Shown one piece after another: positions 24,268 through 33,252 of a stretch of DNA of 64,000 bases. Location: assembly GCF_934754625.1 (NCBI RefSeq), contig NZ_CAKVIU010000001.1; one strand, written 5' to 3'. The notes below the pieces were generated by a model, which was not told where the DNA came from, ran no database searches, and saw nothing but the letters and a program-made list of their open reading frames with translations. Position numbers and translations under genes: made by a program. Source of the DNA: an uncultured Catenibacterium sp. Lineage in GTDB: Bacteria > Bacillota_I > Bacilli_A > Erysipelotrichales > Coprobacillaceae. Position 1 is the first letter of the stretch, and each line of letters starts with the position of its first letter.

Positions 24268-24729
24268 ATGGAGCTATTAGTAAAACAATTAGAAGCGCTT
24301 ATTTCGCCAAATGAATGGTTTGTGACTAACTTTTCTAATGCGAGTGCTTTATTAATGGATGTGATTGATGATTTAAGCTGGGTAGGTTTCTATATGATGA
24401 GAGCAGGGGAACTTGTCTTAGGACCTTTCCAGGGTAAAGTCGCATGTACACATATTAAGGTAGGTAAGGGTGCTTGTGGTGTATGTGTACAAGGAGACCA
24501 GACAATTTTGATTGAAGATGTGTCTACATTCCCAGGTTATATTGCCTGTGATGCAGAAGCTAAATCAGAAATTGTAGTTCCTTTACATGATGAAGAAGGT
24601 AAAGTAATTGCGGTATTGGATGTAGATTCTAATAGTTTAGGTCGTTTTGGTGATCAGGAACAAGAATTATTTGAAGCATTAGGTAAGGTGTTAGAGAAAT
24701 CATTATGGAGCGAAAAAGCAGACGTTTAA
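24268..24729 (+). CDS. GAF-domain protein (free methionine-(R)-sulfoxide reductase-like)
   Basis: 153-aa single GAF domain with the W.GFY...G.L.LGPFQGK.AC..I..G.G.CG pattern typical of the fRMsr/YtsP family. Confidence 0.6.
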   Translation: MELLVKQLEALISPNEWFVTNFSNASALLMDVIDDLSWVGFYMMRAGELVLGPFQGKVACTHIKVGKGACGVCVQGDQTILIEDVSTFPGYIACDAEAKSEIVVPLHDEEGKVIAVLDVDSNSLGRFGDQEQELFEALGKVLEKSLWSEKADV

Positions 24730-25223
24730 GCTATATTCTCAGACATCATCCAGAAAGTATAGGCATTAAACTTGATGAACATGCTTATGGTGATGTTCAA
24801 AAGATATTAGAAGCGTTAAATATCACAATAGAAGATCTAGATACAATTGTGAGAGAAGATGAGAAACAGCGTTACTCTTATAACGAGGATCATACAGGAA
24901 TACGTGCGAATCAAGGACATTCTATTCCTGTCAATGTAGACTTAAAAGAAGTTGCTCCACCAGATATTCTTTATCATGGTACTGCCACTCGTTTTGTTTC
25001 TTCTATTCTAGAAGAAGGAATATTAAGTCAAACACGTGTTTATGTTCATTTATCTCAAGACAAAGAAACCGCAATGACAGTTGGTTCAAGACATGGTAAA
25101 CCTTATGTCTTTACTATTGATACAAAACAGATGTATGAAGATGGATACAAGTTCTATCTCTCAGAAAACAATATCTATCTTACAGAGATTATACCTACAA
25201 AATACTTAAAGGCTTCCACTTAG
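24705..25223 (+). CDS. kptA: RNA 2'-phosphotransferase (Tpt1/KptA family)
   Basis: LS..LSYILRHHPE, IRANQGHS and LYHGT motifs. Overlaps the preceding gene by 25 nt. Confidence 0.8.
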   Translation: MERKSRRLSYILRHHPESIGIKLDEHAYGDVQKILEALNITIEDLDTIVREDEKQRYSYNEDHTGIRANQGHSIPVNVDLKEVAPPDILYHGTATRFVSSILEEGILSQTRVYVHLSQDKETAMTVGSRHGKPYVFTIDTKQMYEDGYKFYLSENNIYLTEIIPTKYLKAST

Positions 25224-25273
25224 GGAGGCCTTTTGTGCTATACTTGTTGAGAGAATATGAAGGAGGGGTTTTT

Positions 25274-27619
25274 ATGACTCTAGATGAGTTAAAGATTGGC
25301 GAAAGTGCAACAGTTACTTATGTAGGTGGCTCTGGGTCATTAAGACAACATTTCCTAGATATGGGTTTAATACCAGGTTCTGTTGTAACATTGGAGAAAT
25401 TCGCCCCAATGGGTGATCCAATGGAATTACGTATTCATGGCTATGAGCTAACATTACGCTTAGATGATGCAAAAAAGATTGGAATAGATATGACTTCTAA
25501 AGGTGTAGAAGATCATACACCTATTCCACCTATTAAACACCATATTCACCCAGGACTAGGTGAAGGTGGTAAATATCATGATAAAGAGACTGAACATCCT
25601 TTATCAGAAGGAACACAGATTACCTTTGCGTTAGCTGGTAACCAGAACTGTGGTAAAACCACATTATTTAATCAGTTAACAGGTTCTAATCAACATGTAG
25701 GGAATTTCCCTGGTGTGACTGTTGATAGAAAGAGTGGTTCTATTAAAGGACACCCAGAAACACTCGTGACTGATTTACCAGGTATTTATTCTTTATCTCC
25801 TTATACAAGTGAAGAATTAGTATCTAGACAGTATATCTTAGATGAGAAACCTAAAGGAATTATCAACATCGTAGATGCAACAAACATAGAAAGAAACCTT
25901 TATCTCACTATGCAGTTAATGGAACTAGATGTGCCAATGGTTCTAGCATTAAACATGATGGATGAAGTAAGAGGTAATGGTGGTTATGTTCATCTAAATA
26001 AGATGGAAGAACTATTGGGTATCCCAGTTGTTCCTATTTCTGCAGCTAAGAATGAAGGTATTGATGAATTAGTCAATCATGCGATTCATGTAGCCAAATA
26101 TCAAGAAGCACCTTTAAGACAGGATTTCTGTGATGAAAATGATCAAGGTGGTGCAGTACATAGATGTTTACATGCCATCATGCATTTAATTGAAGACCAT
26201 GCAGTACGTGCAGGTATTCCAGTACGTTTTGCGGCTAATAAACTAGTAGAAGGTGATGCAAGAGTAGAAGCAGCCTTAGCACTAGATACAAATGAAAAAG
26301 AAATGATTGAACATATCATTTCACAGATGGAAGAAGAAAGAGGATTAGATCGTACAGCCGCTATTGCAGATATGCGTTTTACCTTTATTAATAAATTAGT
26401 TAAAGAAACAGTAGTTAAACCACATGAAAGTAAAGAAAGAGAAAGAAGCCGTAAGATTGATAAAATCTTAACTGGTAAATATACAGGTGTACCTGCCTTT
26501 ATCATTATCATGGCTTTAGTATTCTACTTAACTTTTAATGTATTTGGTGCCTGGGGGCAGACTTTAATGGAAATGGGTGTGGATGCATTAACTAAAATAG
26601 TTGATAAAGGACTTACTGCATGGGATATTAATCCAGTCCTACATTCATTAGTCATTGATGGTGTATTCCAGGGTGTTGGTTCTATTATTAGCTTCTTGCC
26701 TATTATCGTTATTCTGTTCTTCTTCTTATCATTATTAGAAGATACAGGATATATGGCACGTGTTGCCTTTGTAAGTGATAAGTTACTTAGAAAGATTGGT
26801 TTATCAGGAAGAAGTATTGTGCCAATGTTGATTGGATTTGGATGTTCAGTCCCAAGTGTTATGGCCAGTCGTACATTACCATCAGAACGTGACCGTAAAA
26901 TGACAATCATGCTCACACCATTTATGAGTTGTACTGCAAAACTTCCAATCTATGCATTCTTTGCGGCAGCATTCTTCCCTAAACAAGCAGGACTCGTTAT
27001 GGTAGGCTTATATATCTTTGGAATAGTAATGGGTATTATTACAGCCCTTATTTCTAAACAATTCTTATTTAAAGGTGAAGCTGTTCCATTTGTCATGGAA
27101 CTTCCTAACTACCGTATGCCTAGCGCAAAGACTACTTTCCAGTTACTATGGGAAAAAGCGAAGGACTTCTTACAAAGAGCGTTTGGTATTATCTTTATCG
27201 CTTCTATTGTTATCTGGTTCTTACAGAGCTTTAACTTAAGATTAGACTTAGTTACTAATTCACAGGATAGTATTCTCGCTATGGTGGCAGGATTCATTGC
27301 GCCTATATTTAAACCTTTAGGTTTTGGTGATTGGAGAATCTCTACATCACTTATTGCAGGATTTATGGCTAAAGAAAGTGTTGTTTCTACACTCTCAGTA
27401 TTATTCAAAGGAACAGAATCTTTAATGACAATACTTACACCTCTAGGTGCATTATCACTCTTAATATTCTGTTTATTATATACACCTTGTGTGGCAGCAA
27501 TTGCCTCTATTAAAAGAGAATTAGGTGGTGCCTGGGCTATGAAGATTGTATTGTTCCAGTGTGTGATTGCCTGGGTCTGTGCCTTTATCGTACATACTAT
27601 TGGATTACTCTTTATATAA
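25274..27619 (+). CDS. feoB: Ferrous iron transport protein FeoA-FeoB fusion
   Basis: N-terminal FeoA SH3-like domain, a His-rich linker, the FeoB G-domain (GNQNCGKTTLFN, DLPG) and a polytopic C-terminal membrane domain. AGGAGG RBS before MTLDEL. Confidence 0.85.
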   Translation: MTLDELKIGESATVTYVGGSGSLRQHFLDMGLIPGSVVTLEKFAPMGDPMELRIHGYELTLRLDDAKKIGIDMTSKGVEDHTPIPPIKHHIHPGLGEGGKYHDKETEHPLSEGTQITFALAGNQNCGKTTLFNQLTGSNQHVGNFPGVTVDRKSGSIKGHPETLVTDLPGIYSLSPYTSEELVSRQYILDEKPKGIINIVDATNIERNLYLTMQLMELDVPMVLALNMMDEVRGNGGYVHLNKMEELLGIPVVPISAAKNEGIDELVNHAIHVAKYQEAPLRQDFCDENDQGGAVHRCLHAIMHLIEDHAVRAGIPVRFAANKLVEGDARVEAALALDTNEKEMIEHIISQMEEERGLDRTAAIADMRFTFINKLVKETVVKPHESKERERSRKIDKILTGKYTGVPAFIIIMALVFYLTFNVFGAWGQTLMEMGVDALTKIVDKGLTAWDINPVLHSLVIDGVFQGVGSIISFLPIIVILFFFLSLLEDTGYMARVAFVSDKLLRKIGLSGRSIVPMLIGFGCSVPSVMASRTLPSERDRKMTIMLTPFMSCTAKLPIYAFFAAAFFPKQAGLVMVGLYIFGIVMGIITALISKQFLFKGEAVPFVMELPNYRMPSAKTTFQLLWEKAKDFLQRAFGIIFIASIVIWFLQSFNLRLDLVTNSQDSILAMVAGFIAPIFKPLGFGDWRISTSLIAGFMAKESVVSTLSVLFKGTESLMTILTPLGALSLLIFCLLYTPCVAAIASIKRELGGAWAMKIVLFQCVIAWVCAFIVHTIGLLFI

Positions 27620-27700
27620 TTATTTTTCTCAAAATAGTTGTAATGTTTGATACATTTATTGTGATTAATTATAATAAATGTATTGAAGGAGGTGTTCATC

Positions 27701-28141
27701 ATGAAATTATCTAAAATCATACTTTATTCAGATGCGAAAGGACGTGGAGTAAAACCGGATGCCTGCGTAGAAGTCAGTCAGCGTTTAACCATCATGTGTG
27801 ATGGACACATCTGGTTTACTGGATACAATTACGGAGATGGATTTAATTCTAGAAGAATTGTGAGAAGAAAAAGAGTCAATATAGGACAAGAAAAAGCAGA
27901 AACACTCTTAGAACTATTAAAAGAATTCTTTCTTGAAACATCTAATCATCCATCATCTACTAATCGTGATTGGTGGCGTATTCAGTTAATTGATGAAGAC
28001 GGAACTGTATACAACTATAATGTATCTATTGTAGGAGAAGTCATTCTTAAAGAAATTGATCTTACTCAATATATGAGAAATATTATTCCTATAGATGATA
28101 TGTATTTGTTTGGGAACAAGGATTCACATAATTTGACATAA
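27701..28141 (+). CDS. Hypothetical protein
   Basis: 146-aa ORF with an AGGAGG RBS. No recognisable motifs. Confidence 0.45.
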   Translation: MKLSKIILYSDAKGRGVKPDACVEVSQRLTIMCDGHIWFTGYNYGDGFNSRRIVRRKRVNIGQEKAETLLELLKEFFLETSNHPSSTNRDWWRIQLIDEDGTVYNYNVSIVGEVILKEIDLTQYMRNIIPIDDMYLFGNKDSHNLT

Positions 28142-28338
28142 TCAGATTATAATCTTAACACATTCATTAAGTATTATATAAACTGTAGTCAGACAATCCC
28201 TTCCCTTCGTTAGACTACAAAGTACAAGTGTAAATATAGAGAAGAAAGATAAGTGTTTCCCCATGCTTATCTTTTTTCTTTATCATATAGTTTGTATTAA
28301 CTAACTATATTATGTAATATGTGAAGGGAGGTATTCAT

Positions 28339-29085
28339 ATGGTTTTAATTATACCCTTTATAGGAACAACACTAGGTGCAGCCTGTGTGTTCTTTATGAA
28401 AAAAGAATTAAGTTTAAATATACAAAAAGCTTTAACTGGATTTGCGGCAGGTGTAATGGTAGCTGCCTCTATCTGGAGTTTAATTATTCCTTCACTTGAT
28501 CAATCTTCTACCTTTATTCCAGCTCTTATAGGGTTCTGGTTAGGTATATTATTTTTATTATTACTTGATCATTTGATTCCTCATATGCATTTAGATCATA
28601 GTCAGGAAGGACCACGTAGTCACTTATCTCAAACGATCAAGTTAGTACTTGCAGTAACGATTCACAATATTCCTGAAGGAATGGCAGTAGGTGTTGCCTA
28701 TGCATCTTATTTATCAGGTAATGAAGGAATAACTGCTATGGGAGCACTTGCTTTATCTATAGGTATCGCAATACAGAACTTTCCTGAAGGTGCTATTGTA
28801 TCCATGCCTTTAAGAAGTACAGGTGTATCTCGATTAAAATCTTTTATGTATGGGACTTTGTCAGGTATCGTAGAACCCATAGGCGGGTTACTCACAATAG
28901 TACTTGCACGATATATTATTTCAGTAATGCCTTATTTACTCAGTTTTGCGGCAGGAGCTATGATGTATGTTGTAGTAGAAGAATTAATTCCAGAAATGAG
29001 TCAGGGAGAACATTCACATTTAGGTGTATTATTATTCTCAGTAGGATTTACTTTGATGATGGTTCTAGATGTCGCATTAGGTTAA
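28339..29085 (+). CDS. zupT: ZIP-family zinc transporter
   Basis: Eight-TM protein with the HNIPEG and HE..HS metal-binding motifs of ZupT/ZIP. Confidence 0.75.
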   Translation: MVLIIPFIGTTLGAACVFFMKKELSLNIQKALTGFAAGVMVAASIWSLIIPSLDQSSTFIPALIGFWLGILFLLLLDHLIPHMHLDHSQEGPRSHLSQTIKLVLAVTIHNIPEGMAVGVAYASYLSGNEGITAMGALALSIGIAIQNFPEGAIVSMPLRSTGVSRLKSFMYGTLSGIVEPIGGLLTIVLARYIISVMPYLLSFAAGAMMYVVVEELIPEMSQGEHSHLGVLLFSVGFTLMMVLDVALG

Positions 29086-29149
29086 TTCGTAGTATTCATC
29101 TTTACTATTATTTGAATTAAGCATAAGATAGATATAAGAGGTGAAATAA

Positions 29150-30103
29150 ATGAGAAAGATATTCATAGTTTTATTGATGTCTTTGTTTTTTATAAGCCCA
29201 GTTTATGCAGAAAATCATGTAGTCAATGTCAGCTATGATGGTGAAGTGACAACTGCTTCAGGAGAAGCACCATCACTTCCATTAAAGGCAAAAGTAACCT
29301 TCTATGATGGTAGTGAGAAGGAATATAATATTGACTGGAATACATTTGATGAAAGCTTATATAAGACAAGAAATGCGAATCAATTTACTGTCACAGGTTC
29401 AATTGCGGATTTACAGGTAACAACTAGCTGTATAGTCAATGTAGAAGCAGCTAAAATTACACATATAGATGAACTATCTAATAAAACAGTCATTATAGGA
29501 GAAGCACTCTCTTTACCTGCCACTGCATCTGTGACATGGTCCAATGGAGACCAATCAAATGAAATCATACGCTGGGATAATTATGATGATAATGCCTTGA
29601 ATTATGTACATACTTTTTCTTTAAATGGTCATATTTATGATCAGACAATTACACAGACAGTTCATGTAAAGTATGCATCTATCACGAGTGTAAGTGTTCC
29701 TGCAGTTGTTTATACAACTACAGGAGTAGAGGCACAATTACCACAATATGCGACTGTTAGTTACTCTAATAAGACAAGTAAGAAGATTAAGATTAACTGG
29801 GATAATCAGGTCTTTAATGAAGCGGGTAAATATACAGTTTATGGTAAGTTATCTCAGTCTACACGTAAAGTATCTATACGAGTAGAAGTAAAGAAGAATG
29901 AAGACACTACGACAGAAACACCAAAACAGGAAGAACCTGTAAAAAAGACTAAGAAAAAGAATAAGAATAAGAAGGTTCAAAAAGAAGAGAAGTCATCTTT
30001 TTCTTATGTCATCGCATTAGTTGTATTCACAGCTATTTTATTTGGTTTTATCACATTAATTTCTTTTATTAAAAGAAAGATTAGAATCCAAGAGAATCGT
30101 TAA
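29150..30103 (+). CDS. Cell-surface protein with three Ig-like (Big-type) repeats and a C-terminal TM anchor
   Basis: Signal peptide (VYA-EN), three ~75-aa repeats with the LP..A.V.Y.....E..I.W pattern, a Lys-rich linker and a C-terminal hydrophobic anchor. Confidence 0.6.
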   Translation: MRKIFIVLLMSLFFISPVYAENHVVNVSYDGEVTTASGEAPSLPLKAKVTFYDGSEKEYNIDWNTFDESLYKTRNANQFTVTGSIADLQVTTSCIVNVEAAKITHIDELSNKTVIIGEALSLPATASVTWSNGDQSNEIIRWDNYDDNALNYVHTFSLNGHIYDQTITQTVHVKYASITSVSVPAVVYTTTGVEAQLPQYATVSYSNKTSKKIKINWDNQVFNEAGKYTVYGKLSQSTRKVSIRVEVKKNEDTTTETPKQEEPVKKTKKKNKNKKVQKEEKSSFSYVIALVVFTAILFGFITLISFIKRKIRIQENR

Positions 30104-30155
30104 GGATTCTCTTTCTATTTTGTTTATAAGGTAAGCGCTTACTGGAGGGTAGGAT

Positions 30156-31070
30156 ATGAATGAAATAAGGGGTGTAAGAAGAAAGAATGTAATTAAGATT
30201 ATTCAATCATTAGTAAAGCAAGGAGGGTGCACAAAGAATGAATTGGTATTCTATACTGGTTTATCTTTATCTACGATTGATAGTCTATTAGAAGAGATGT
30301 TGAAAAGTAATCTTGTAATCAAAGCAGGGTATAGAGAATCTACTGGTGGAAGACCAAGTATGTCCTATCAGGTCAATGGAGAGTTCTCACAAACGTTATG
30401 TATATATGCTTATAAACATGATAAGACAATAACAGTCATAGGACGTCTTTATAATCTTTATAGTGAGATGATTGATGAAAAGAGAAGAGATGTATCTAAA
30501 CTAAATCAAGAGATATTGTATTGTTTTATTGATGAAATGTTGAATGAACAGGTACATACAATCTGTTTGACTTTACCTGATTATGATATTGATATAAAGA
30601 ATCGTTATAAACAGCGTATATTAGTAGAGAATGATGTATATATGGGGGTTATAGGCGCTTATATTAAACATATGCAGTATGATTCTATTGTGTTGTTGGA
30701 ATCAAAGGGTGATTCACGTTTAGGAATTGTGATTAATGGACATCTTATTGAAGGTAAGAGTTCTATTGCAGGACAAACTTGTTTTATGCCTCTCACAAAT
30801 CATGAAGATTATAAGAATAGAAGATCTGTGAAAGGCAGAAGTAAAAGACTTGTTTTAGAATTACAGAATATTATTGGGATGTTGAATCCTGAAGCTATTG
30901 TAGTATGTGCTCAAGGTATTGATGAACATTATGTAGAAGAAGAACTATTGAAGATCTTTAAGATGAGTGATATGCCACATTTGATATATATTGATGATTT
31001 TATTGATGAAGCGATGTTAGGTATGGAGAGTATAAGTAAAGACAGTTTATTTGACAATCTTTCTAGATAA
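30156..31070 (+). CDS. ROK-family-like transcriptional regulator (shortened sugar-kinase-like domain)
   Basis: N-terminal winged HTH with the ROK-repressor-like TGGRPS..Y motif. At 304 aa it is shorter than canonical ROK proteins. Confidence 0.4.
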   Translation: MNEIRGVRRKNVIKIIQSLVKQGGCTKNELVFYTGLSLSTIDSLLEEMLKSNLVIKAGYRESTGGRPSMSYQVNGEFSQTLCIYAYKHDKTITVIGRLYNLYSEMIDEKRRDVSKLNQEILYCFIDEMLNEQVHTICLTLPDYDIDIKNRYKQRILVENDVYMGVIGAYIKHMQYDSIVLLESKGDSRLGIVINGHLIEGKSSIAGQTCFMPLTNHEDYKNRRSVKGRSKRLVLELQNIIGMLNPEAIVVCAQGIDEHYVEEELLKIFKMSDMPHLIYIDDFIDEAMLGMESISKDSLFDNLSR

Positions 31071-31098
31071 AGTATGATGGTAGAAAGGGGTGAAAAAG

Positions 31099-31881
31099 AT
31101 GTCACAGACAGTATTAATTACAGGAGCTTCTAATGGAATAGGGAAAGCATGTGCACGTGTGTTTGCGAGAAAAGGTTATGATTTAGTACTTGTAGCACGT
31201 CATAGAGAAAAACTAGAAGCAGTAAAAGCTGAATTATCTGAATATGATGTACATATTAAAGTAGTCGTAATGGATCTCACAGGAGAAGATGCGGCTGTAG
31301 ATCTATATAATGATTTAGTACTTGATGATATAAGTATTGATATTTTAGTGAATAATGCAGGTTTTGGAGATCATGGTGCTTTTCATGATTCATCATGGGA
31401 AAAACAGAAGAAGATGGTTTTATTGAATATAATGGCTTTGATGCAGATGACTTATGTATTTGGTCAGTCAATGAAACGTAGAAAGAAAGGCCGTATATTG
31501 AATGTGGCTTCTATTGCCGGTCTTTGTGCAGGACCTTATATGTCTACCTATTATGCGACTAAAGCTTTTGTATTATCTTTTAGTGAATCTATTGCGTATG
31601 AATTAAAGGATTATAATGTAGAAGTATCATGTTTATGTCCTGGTCCTACTAAAACTGGATTTATGGATGTAGCCAACTTAGGACAGTCTCCTATGTTTAA
31701 ATTATTTAAACCACAGTCTGCAGATGCAGTGGCAGAAATAGGTATACAAGGTTTATTTGATAATCATTTAGTTCAGTTCACAGGACTATCAGGACACTTA
31801 TTAAATCTTGCGGCAAGATTCTTACCTCGATCATTTTTAAGTACATGTACAGGATTTGTGAATGGTAAGAGAAAAGTATGA
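31099..31881 (+). CDS. Short-chain dehydrogenase/reductase (SDR)
   Basis: TGASNGIGKA Rossmann motif, NNAG, and the Y...K catalytic pair (YYATK). Confidence 0.8.
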   Translation: MSQTVLITGASNGIGKACARVFARKGYDLVLVARHREKLEAVKAELSEYDVHIKVVVMDLTGEDAAVDLYNDLVLDDISIDILVNNAGFGDHGAFHDSSWEKQKKMVLLNIMALMQMTYVFGQSMKRRKKGRILNVASIAGLCAGPYMSTYYATKAFVLSFSESIAYELKDYNVEVSCLCPGPTKTGFMDVANLGQSPMFKLFKPQSADAVAEIGIQGLFDNHLVQFTGLSGHLLNLAARFLPRSFLSTCTGFVNGKRKV

Positions 31882-32354
31882 TTGAACATCCATTAGAACC
31901 AATCATAGATGAACAATGTGAAGTATTAATATTAGGGAGTTTCCCTTCAGTTAAATCAAGGGAAATTTCTTTCTATTATGGACATCCTCAAAATAGATTT
32001 TGGAAGATCATTGGTATTATCACACAAACAGACTATGAAACAATAGAAGATAAGAAAAAGATGTTATTGGATCATCATATTGCGATATGGGATATTATTC
32101 ATTCATGTACAATTACAGGAAGTAGTGATGCATCTATTAAGGATGTTGTACCTAATGATATTAAAACATTAATACAGGGCACAAATATTAAAAGAATATA
32201 TTGTAATGGTGGAACTTCTTTAAAACTCTATAAGAAGTATCAAGAAAAAGAAACAGGGATTAAAGCTATACTATTACCTTCCTCTTCTCCTGCCAATGCC
32301 CGTTATAGATTAAGTGATTTAGTTGATATATGGAAGAAAAAATTGACTTTATAA
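31878..32354 (+). CDS. DNA-deoxyinosine (hypoxanthine) DNA glycosylase, UDG superfamily
   Basis: ILGSFPS near the N-terminus and the NRFW motif characteristic of the family-6 UDG/HDG enzymes. Confidence 0.55.
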   Translation: MIEHPLEPIIDEQCEVLILGSFPSVKSREISFYYGHPQNRFWKIIGIITQTDYETIEDKKKMLLDHHIAIWDIIHSCTITGSSDASIKDVVPNDIKTLIQGTNIKRIYCNGGTSLKLYKKYQEKETGIKAILLPSSSPANARYRLSDLVDIWKKKLTL

Positions 32355-32398
32355 TAACCTTTATGTATGATTAATCATGTTAATCAAGGAGGAATTAT

Positions 32399-32893
32399 AT
32401 GGAATCAATCGCATTATGGTTTGCAGGAACATTAGGTAAATACATTTCATCTGAACTAGCAGTATTTATAGTTTCTTTAGTTCCTATTCTTGAATGTCGT
32501 GGAGGTTTAATTGCATCTGCATTATTAAAGGTAGATATTCGTTATGCAGTTCCTCTATGTGTTCTAGGAAATATCTTACCAATTCCATTTATTTTATTAT
32601 TTATTAAACGTATATTTAAATGGCTTAAGAAGTTTAACTTCTTTAGACCATTAATTGAAAAACTAGAAAACAGAGCTATGAATAAGAGTAAGAATATGAG
32701 TAATGGTGAATTCTTAGGACTCTTATTATTCGTAGGGATCCCATTACCAGGTACTGGTGCATGGACAGGTTCTTTAGTTGCTGCATTACTTGATATGGAC
32801 TTTAAGAAGGCTATTACAGCAATCTTCTTAGGTATCCTACTTGCGACACTTATTGTAGGTTCATTATCATATGGCTTATTAGCTGCATTCTAA
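32399..32893 (+). CDS. COG2426-type small membrane protein (putative small multidrug export protein)
   Basis: 164-aa four-TM protein with P..ECRGG and G.PLPGTGAWTG motifs. Confidence 0.5.
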   Translation: MESIALWFAGTLGKYISSELAVFIVSLVPILECRGGLIASALLKVDIRYAVPLCVLGNILPIPFILLFIKRIFKWLKKFNFFRPLIEKLENRAMNKSKNMSNGEFLGLLLFVGIPLPGTGAWTGSLVAALLDMDFKKAITAIFLGILLATLIVGSLSYGLLAAF

Positions 32894-32920
32894 AAGAGAG
32901 ATTAGTCATCTCTCTTTTTA
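32891..32920. terminator. Bidirectional terminator hairpin
   Basis: aaaagagagat-tagtc-atctctcttttt, with A/T runs on both sides. Confidence 0.55.
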
Positions 32921-33045
32921 TAATCCTCTAAGATTTCCTGCATCTTTACAAGCCCTCTTTCACAACTAGGATGAAGTAAATCACAGCTTCTTGCACATCC
33001 TAAACAGAATTCATTTTCTAATATCTTTAGTTCTTCTTCTTTCAT
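32902..33045 (-). CDS. Small Cys-rich protein (47 aa, 4 Cys), hypothetical
   Basis: Not in the ORF track. ATG at 33045 follows a GAGGTGA RBS. Translation MKEEELKILENEFCLGCARSCDLLHPSCERGLVKMQEILEDYKKRDD. Ends at the bidirectional terminator. Confidence 0.35.
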   Translation of the reverse strand: MKEEELKILENEFCLGCARSCDLLHPSCERGLVKMQEILEDYKKRDD

Positions 33046-33085
33046 AATCTTCACCTCAACTTATTATAGGAATAACGTTCTATGA

Positions 33086-33113
33086 TTGACAAGTGATATG
33101 AATTTGGTAGAAT
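33086..33113 (+). promoter_or_regulatory. Sigma-A-type promoter for the Ca2+-ATPase gene
   Basis: TTGACA, 16-17-nt spacer, TGgTAGAAT (extended -10). Confidence 0.55.
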
Positions 33114-33252
33114 GATATTAATTAAAGGGGAGTAGCTCTTACAGAACTGTTCGTCAACACGTTATGTTTAACATAACCGGATTGTTTTGGTCATTTATGA
33201 TCAGCGAGACCTTTAATAAAACGATTGTTTTTATTAAAGGAGGAAAATACAA

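Noticed and set aside
26143-27720. Minus-strand ORFs of 122, 130 and 203 aa overlapping the FeoAB fusion
   Set aside because: They are antisense to a continuous, motif-rich feoAB reading frame. No RBS is present.
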